DNA of 64,000 bases from the NCBI GenBank assembly GCA_048938105.1, contig JBHLMN010000004.1, forward strand, positions 287,442 to 351,441, given 5' to 3'. Each line of letters starts with the position of its first letter. Positions within the stretch are counted from its first letter, which is position 1. The notes under the pieces are model-generated. The model was not told the origin of the DNA. It made no database searches and saw nothing but the letters and a program-made list of their open reading frames with translations. The stretch is from Promethearchaeota archaeon. GTDB lineage: Archaea; Asgardarchaeota; Heimdallarchaeia; Hodarchaeales; Hodarchaeaceae. Positions 59,180 through 64,000 of this stretch are shown piece by piece. The translations under genes and the position numbers were made by a program.

Positions 59180-61824
59180 CTCTTTTTCCTTTTTGCTAGA
59201 TCTCCAGCTTTCTTTTTTGTTATACCAGAAAATGGATTAGCTATTTTTGAAGGAATTTTAATTGTTTTTAGACGTTCTGGCTTTTCGATCTGAAAGACTT
59301 CAGGGTTAATGTGTGTATCGTCATTATTTTTTGTAAATCTATCATTTTCTTTATTGGAATAATTAGGTTTACTTTTTTCTCTACACTTTCGTCTTGCGTG
59401 TTTTTGTCGTGCACTCTTTGTTTTTTCTGCAGCTTTTTGATCTATTTCTTGCTGTAAACTTAGAAGTCTTAATTTTCTCTCCATATCTTCCTCTTTTCTT
59501 CCTTCGAGATTTTTATCAGCCTTTATAGCATTCCAATCCCATAGAGAAAGAGATTTTTCTCTAAAATAAATATTTACAAAACGATCAGTACAATTAAGCT
59601 CAATATATCCACGAATGTGATCATAAAAGTAAATTATTCTTATGTCTCTTGGATCAAACCTAATTCGAAACTTCTGACTTCTTTTCGTATTTATTGGATC
59701 TTTACTACCAATATATTGTTCAATTTCTTCGTTTGCATATTTAAGACCAAAGATTTCAATACCACTTTTCTGAACAGTTCGTAATTCAGAAGGTAGAACG
59801 TCAAACTTGAAAGTAGTATTGTCAACATGAAGTAAATTTCTATTGATCCCTCTTTCCTCACTAATCAATGAAAAACTTTGCTTCCATTTGGCCAAAGGAT
59901 TAGTTCTAATCTGACTGTGGTATTCTTCATGATAAAGTGCAATTTCTGTAATTATTCTGGCTTCTAATTCATCAATGGTAAAACTAGCTCTTTTTTCCGA
60001 TGGATAGTTCTCTCTTTGAGTAGGATTAGAATATGTGGTTCCTGCAATAGAATGTAATCTATTATTAAGTGTGCCAAGGAATCGTTCGACATAAGCTCCA
60101 TGTTGAGGCTTTTTTACTGCACGATAATGTAAATGAACTCCATATTTTAATCCAAAGAGCCTTATATCTTCACTCGTAAAATCTGAACCATTATCCATGT
60201 GCAGTGTATAAGGTAAACCAAATACTTGACACCATTCACTCGATTCCAAAATCCCTAGTTTTTCTGAATCTAAATCAGGAAATTGTTCTCTAACTTTTAG
60301 AAGAGATTCTTTCTTGTTTTGAATACAATTAATCAAGGTCATTGCAATAGAAAGCCGACTGGGAGAGTCATAGGTGATATAATATCCCAGAACACATCTA
60401 GAATGACTATCGAATGCTATGGTGATATAAGGACGTTCAGTAACTAATCTATATTCCTCATCCACAACTAAAACATCAATTGGGGTGTGATCAATCTGTA
60501 CGGATTGCAAAACATAAGTACCATGTGGAAATTCCGATGTATTGATATTAAACAAGTTTTCGATGGCTTTTTCCCCTCTCCTTTGTTTAATTACTTCTTT
60601 TTGAGAAATGCTCTTTAATCTACGCCTAAAAGATGAATAGCTTAAGCAATGTTCTAATTGACCTTGTTCTAATGCATAGGCTTGCATAAGTTCATGGGCC
60701 CGTTTGATACTTTTCCGTTCCATTTGTAAGTAATAACTTAGGCCTATCTCGCATAATTCCTCCGTAAGGCCCTTTTGTACCTTTTTTCTTCCTCTTTGAT
60801 TGTACTTGGGAATCAGGCTTTTTATATCCCCCCCACTTTTGTTATAAGCTAATATCCAACGATACACGGTTAACCAAAAGATCTCTTGGCCATCTTTTTT
60901 GAATTTCATTTGTTTTAATCGTTTAATTGGAGTTCCTAATAAGGGGTAAATAATTTCTAATCGAGAATTAGCCTCCTCCCACAGTTCAATGGATTTTTTC
61001 GGATTATTAGAGATTGCATATACATCATTGTAAAATGTTACACTAGAATCTACACTTTGTTGTTTTTCCCAATCGAAAGTTCGAAACCAAGTGTCTAATG
61101 GTTTATAATTGGATCTAAATGTATTTACTTCATAAAGAAATGATTTTTCTGTTAGTAATTCATCTATATTTACGTTTAATTCGAAATGATATATCATAGC
61201 ATAAAGAGTTGACCAAATATCATCAATAGTAACACTTTCGGGAAGAAGTTTCAGATTAATGGATTCTACTAGATTTCTTATTCTAATTCTTGGTTTTTTT
61301 GATAAAATGGCTTTTATGTGTTTTTTGATTTCTATATAAACCATTGGGTCTATCGTAGCTTGCATTAATTTTCGTAAATTGTAAATTCTGAAAGATTGGT
61401 TTACGATCTGATCTGTAACTACAATAAACTCAATATCTACATTATTTATGTCTGTTATTTGATTTGAGAGATCATTTCTGTTTTCATCAATCCATTTCTG
61501 GGTTTCAGAGAATTTCTTAATGAACTCCATCTTCTTCTCGAGTAAATCTTTAAGATACTTAACTTCGATGATTAGAATCTTATATCGTTCATCAATTTTC
61601 AAGAAAACTACAAAATCAGGTGTCCATACACTTTTTGACCATTTAAGTTCAATTCCATGTTCACAATAGGATTTTACAAATGGGTCATGTTCAAGAAGAA
61701 TAGCTACATCCCATTCTAAGTTTGATTGACACCATACCTGTCTTCTAAGCTTTTTTGAGTAAAAAAAAATTGTTGTTGATATTTGGTTAGCTTTAGGTGT
61801 ATGTAAAGGACTGGTTTTTAACAA
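59176..61824 (-). CDS. tnsAB: TnsA-TnsB fusion transposase
   Basis: TnsA: FYSKK...QSNLE...TPDF...IEVK. TnsB: VQIDHT, RPYIT.AFD..SR, HMDNGSDF, GAYVERFLGTLN and Mu-C-like RFDPRDI. Confidence 0.93.
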   Translation of the reverse strand: MLKTSPLHTPKANQISTTIFFYSKKLRRQVWCQSNLEWDVAILLEHDPFVKSYCEHGIELKWSKSVWTPDFVVFLKIDERYKILIIEVKYLKDLLEKKMEFIKKFSETQKWIDENRNDLSNQITDINNVDIEFIVVTDQIVNQSFRIYNLRKLMQATIDPMVYIEIKKHIKAILSKKPRIRIRNLVESINLKLLPESVTIDDIWSTLYAMIYHFELNVNIDELLTEKSFLYEVNTFRSNYKPLDTWFRTFDWEKQQSVDSSVTFYNDVYAISNNPKKSIELWEEANSRLEIIYPLLGTPIKRLKQMKFKKDGQEIFWLTVYRWILAYNKSGGDIKSLIPKYNQRGRKKVQKGLTEELCEIGLSYYLQMERKSIKRAHELMQAYALEQGQLEHCLSYSSFRRRLKSISQKEVIKQRRGEKAIENLFNINTSEFPHGTYVLQSVQIDHTPIDVLVVDEEYRLVTERPYITIAFDSHSRCVLGYYITYDSPSRLSIAMTLINCIQNKKESLLKVREQFPDLDSEKLGILESSEWCQVFGLPYTLHMDNGSDFTSEDIRLFGLKYGVHLHYRAVKKPQHGAYVERFLGTLNNRLHSIAGTTYSNPTQRENYPSEKRASFTIDELEARIITEIALYHEEYHSQIRTNPLAKWKQSFSLISEERGINRNLLHVDNTTFKFDVLPSELRTVQKSGIEIFGLKYANEEIEQYIGSKDPINTKRSQKFRIRFDPRDIRIIYFYDHIRGYIELNCTDRFVNIYFREKSLSLWDWNAIKADKNLEGRKEEDMERKLRLLSLQQEIDQKAAEKTKSARQKHARRKCREKSKPNYSNKENDRFTKNNDDTHINPEVFQIEKPERLKTIKIPSKIANPFSGITKKKAGDLAKRKKR

Positions 61825-61853
61825 TTGAACTCATCTGAATGGTTTTTAAATGA

Positions 61854-61872
61854 TTATCATTATTTTGGAAAA
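61854..61872 (-). promoter_or_regulatory. Single TnsB-type site upstream of tnsAB (probable autoregulatory operator)
   Basis: Reverse complement is TTTTCCAAAATAATGATAA, matching the consensus of the end repeats; no terminal ACA next to it. Confidence 0.7.
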
Positions 61873-62322
61873 AAAGAAGTTTATAAGCTCCCTAGAACTT
61901 AGTTTTCATATGTCAGCTCCTTTAAAAGCAAGCATTGGTAGTATTTCCTGCCGTAGCAACCGAAAGAAACGTCTAATAACACATCAAATCAATACATACT
62001 GTTCATTGACAGATTTAACTCTGTCAAATCATAAGTAGAAGAAGGGAACTAATGAGGTTGTAGGTGATGTATGAGTGATGAACGAGGAAGCGGCTTATAA
62101 TGGCACACTGGAGCTAATGTTTAAGCAATATCCATGATTAAAATATAATCCTAGAAAATATAACCAGAAATCAATAAATAAGCAAATACTGGTGATTATG
62201 CCAAATAATAAGGTAGAGTCTGATCCTGAACTAAGACTGGTAGGAGTCAATAACCGTTATATTGATGTTAATTTATTAGCGTTTATTGATGTTCAGTAAG
62301 TATTACTTGATTAGGGGATAAA

Positions 62323-64000
62323 ATGCCGTACTATTACATAACAGAAACAAATTTTGATCCATCTGTAGTAACCAAGTACGAAGAATTGCTTAAATGGTTT
62401 GAACAATCATTAAATGAAGAATATCATATCTTTATTGAGTTCAAAGTGCCAGCTGGGCGGGAAATTGACTTCTTAATACTAGCAAGAGATGGAATATGGC
62501 TAATTGAGCATAAACAGCATGATTTCATTGAGATCTTAAATGAAGGAAACTGGAAATATAAGGACCATCGTGGTCAAGAGAGAACACTTATTAAAAAAGT
62601 CAAAACTGGATATGAGAATCCATATAGACAAGCAACTAATACTGGAAACAACTTTGCTTCTTGGTTAAGACGGAATAACCATCTAGGTAACAATCTAAGA
62701 AAAAGAAAAAAGATTTACCCATGCGTGACATTCCCCGATTACCCCACGGAAATAGCAAAGCAAGAAACAGACTTGTGGTGTTATATTTCTAAAGGCGTGG
62801 AAGGAATACAAAAGAACATGGAAAATAGACGATGGGAGGAAGGTGATTGGATAACAGAGGAAGCAATAGAAAACATAGCTACAGCATTAAACTTAGAAAG
62901 AATCTCCTATACAGACCTGATCCAACATAAAGCCAATTTAGAAAAGATTTTTATGGAAACCAGTAAAGCACAGGTGCAAGAAGTCAAGAAAATTTTTGCT
63001 GAAACAAATCAAGTATTTTCTAATAATGATTGGATCTTTTGTGCTAATTTAAAAGAAGAAAAATCCTCCCCTAGATTCAAAGAAGTACCATTAACCGATT
63101 TTAATAAAGAGTCACTCCCATTCATTCTCACAGGTGATTTTGGGAGTGGAAAGACAGTTGTGTGCTACCAGATTATGGAATATCTTTTAAAAAAACATTT
63201 GGGCTTTTATTTTCCTGTGAGAGAGATAATTGTAACAAAAGAGAACGAATCACATCAAAAAATTCTGTTTAAAGGTAAAGATTATACTTATCCCATTAAT
63301 GTAAATCAGGATATTTTTGAAAACGTAGAAAATGAAGTTAATGAAATAATTGTGTTTCTAATCAAAACCTTAATAGCTACTTATAATGAGAAGGGACTAA
63401 TTGACCAAATCACCAATGGTATCAAGAACTACTTGAATGATCAAAGATTCTTCATAATATTAGATGGATGGGATGAAATTTCAAGTCATTCCAGGAGTCT
63501 ACTGAAAAAAATCCTTGATTATCTGTTAATAAAGGATGTAGCTGTTATTGTTTCTTGCAGAACACCGTTAGACGTACACTTACCAAGAACCAAGGTAGAT
63601 AGTAAAAAAATCCCTATATATAACCCTATTCCATTACCAGAACAACAGATGATACAATACATCTCGGAACGGATTAAAAATTGGCTAATAGATATTTCTG
63701 CACCGCAAATTCTCTCTCTGTTAAAGAAAACTTATGATAATAATATTACACCTTTTCATCTATATGCAATGACAATTGTACCTATAACTGAACCTCCAAA
63801 GAATACAGCGCAATTGCTTCGATGGATGATTATTGCTCAAGTTGGTTGGGAATTATTGAAGGAAAGAAAGGATGAGTTTAAAGATATTAAAACGATTCAA
63901 GACCTTATAAATCTCTTAAAAAAAGAAATGATAATCATAGGTACAAAAGAAATCTCACTATACAATGCTATCTTTGATTACCAAGAAATTGATAACGATA
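62323..64000 (+). CDS. NERD nuclease + NACHT-like STAND NTPase, runs off window end
   Basis: Hand translation from ATG 62323 (GGGGA upstream): EIDFLILARDGIWLIEHK, ENPYRQA, LTGDFGSGKT and FIILDGWDEI. Confidence 0.85.
   Translation, partial: MPYYYITETNFDPSVVTKYEELLKWFEQSLNEEYHIFIEFKVPAGREIDFLILARDGIWLIEHKQHDFIEILNEGNWKYKDHRGQERTLIKKVKTGYENPYRQATNTGNNFASWLRRNNHLGNNLRKRKKIYPCVTFPDYPTEIAKQETDLWCYISKGVEGIQKNMENRRWEEGDWITEEAIENIATALNLERISYTDLIQHKANLEKIFMETSKAQVQEVKKIFAETNQVFSNNDWIFCANLKEEKSSPRFKEVPLTDFNKESLPFILTGDFGSGKTVVCYQIMEYLLKKHLGFYFPVREIIVTKENESHQKILFKGKDYTYPINVNQDIFENVENEVNEIIVFLIKTLIATYNEKGLIDQITNGIKNYLNDQRFFIILDGWDEISSHSRSLLKKILDYLLIKDVAVIVSCRTPLDVHLPRTKVDSKKIPIYNPIPLPEQQMIQYISERIKNWLIDISAPQILSLLKKTYDNNITPFHLYAMTIVPITEPPKNTAQLLRWMIIAQVGWELLKERKDEFKDIKTIQDLINLLKKEMIIIGTKEISLYNAIFDYQEIDND

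Larger units (their letters stand above)
49231..64000. mobile_element. Tn7-like transposon; one end at 49231, other end probably beyond the window
   Basis: Terminal TGT plus three tandem ~20-bp sites, tnsAB and tnsC genes, and defence cargo. Confidence 0.8.

Noticed and set aside
61850-62320. Second transposon end immediately upstream of tnsAB
   Set aside because: Only one TnsB-type site, and no ...TCACA terminus followed by AACAT was found; treated as an internal operator.

Overview
AT-rich prokaryotic DNA, most likely from an Asgard archaeon (Heimdallarchaeia/Hodarchaeales-like). This is inferred from a Rab-like GTPase, a giant membrane protein with a longin-like tail, and archaeal-style GGTGA ribosome-binding sites. 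The host backbone encodes an ABC substrate-binding protein, two SDRs, two 2-hydroxyacyl-CoA dehydratase subunits, the Rab-like GTPase, surface proteins and msrB. Two accessory regions interrupt it. (1) A ~33.5 kb island (4366-38090) sits in an SDR gene and is bounded by a 266-bp, ~93% identical direct repeat. No integrase is visible. Its cargo is mostly defence-like: PLD, ABC-ATPase+PIN, BrxD-like ATPase+wHTH, PD-(D/E)xK nucleases, HEPN, STAND-TPR, NDT/TIR-like and HD-Hsp90. It also carries a GC-richer luxE/luxC module. (2) A Tn7-like transposon begins at 49231 (TGT plus three ~20-bp TnsB-type sites), is inserted in the last codons of msrB, and appears to run off the window end. It encodes a TnsA-TnsB fusion and a TnsC with a C2H2 zinc finger. 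In place of TniQ/TnsD it has two paralogous proteins, each built from four ~69-aa repeats (candidate new target selectors). Its cargo is a Wadjet/Smc5-6-like kleisin-KITE-SMC operon whose fourth gene is a Zn-ribbon/HEPN protein instead of JetD, plus a NERD-NACHT protein. Several genes appear to start at ATA or CTG codons. All family calls are from motif recognition by eye; no database searches were run.
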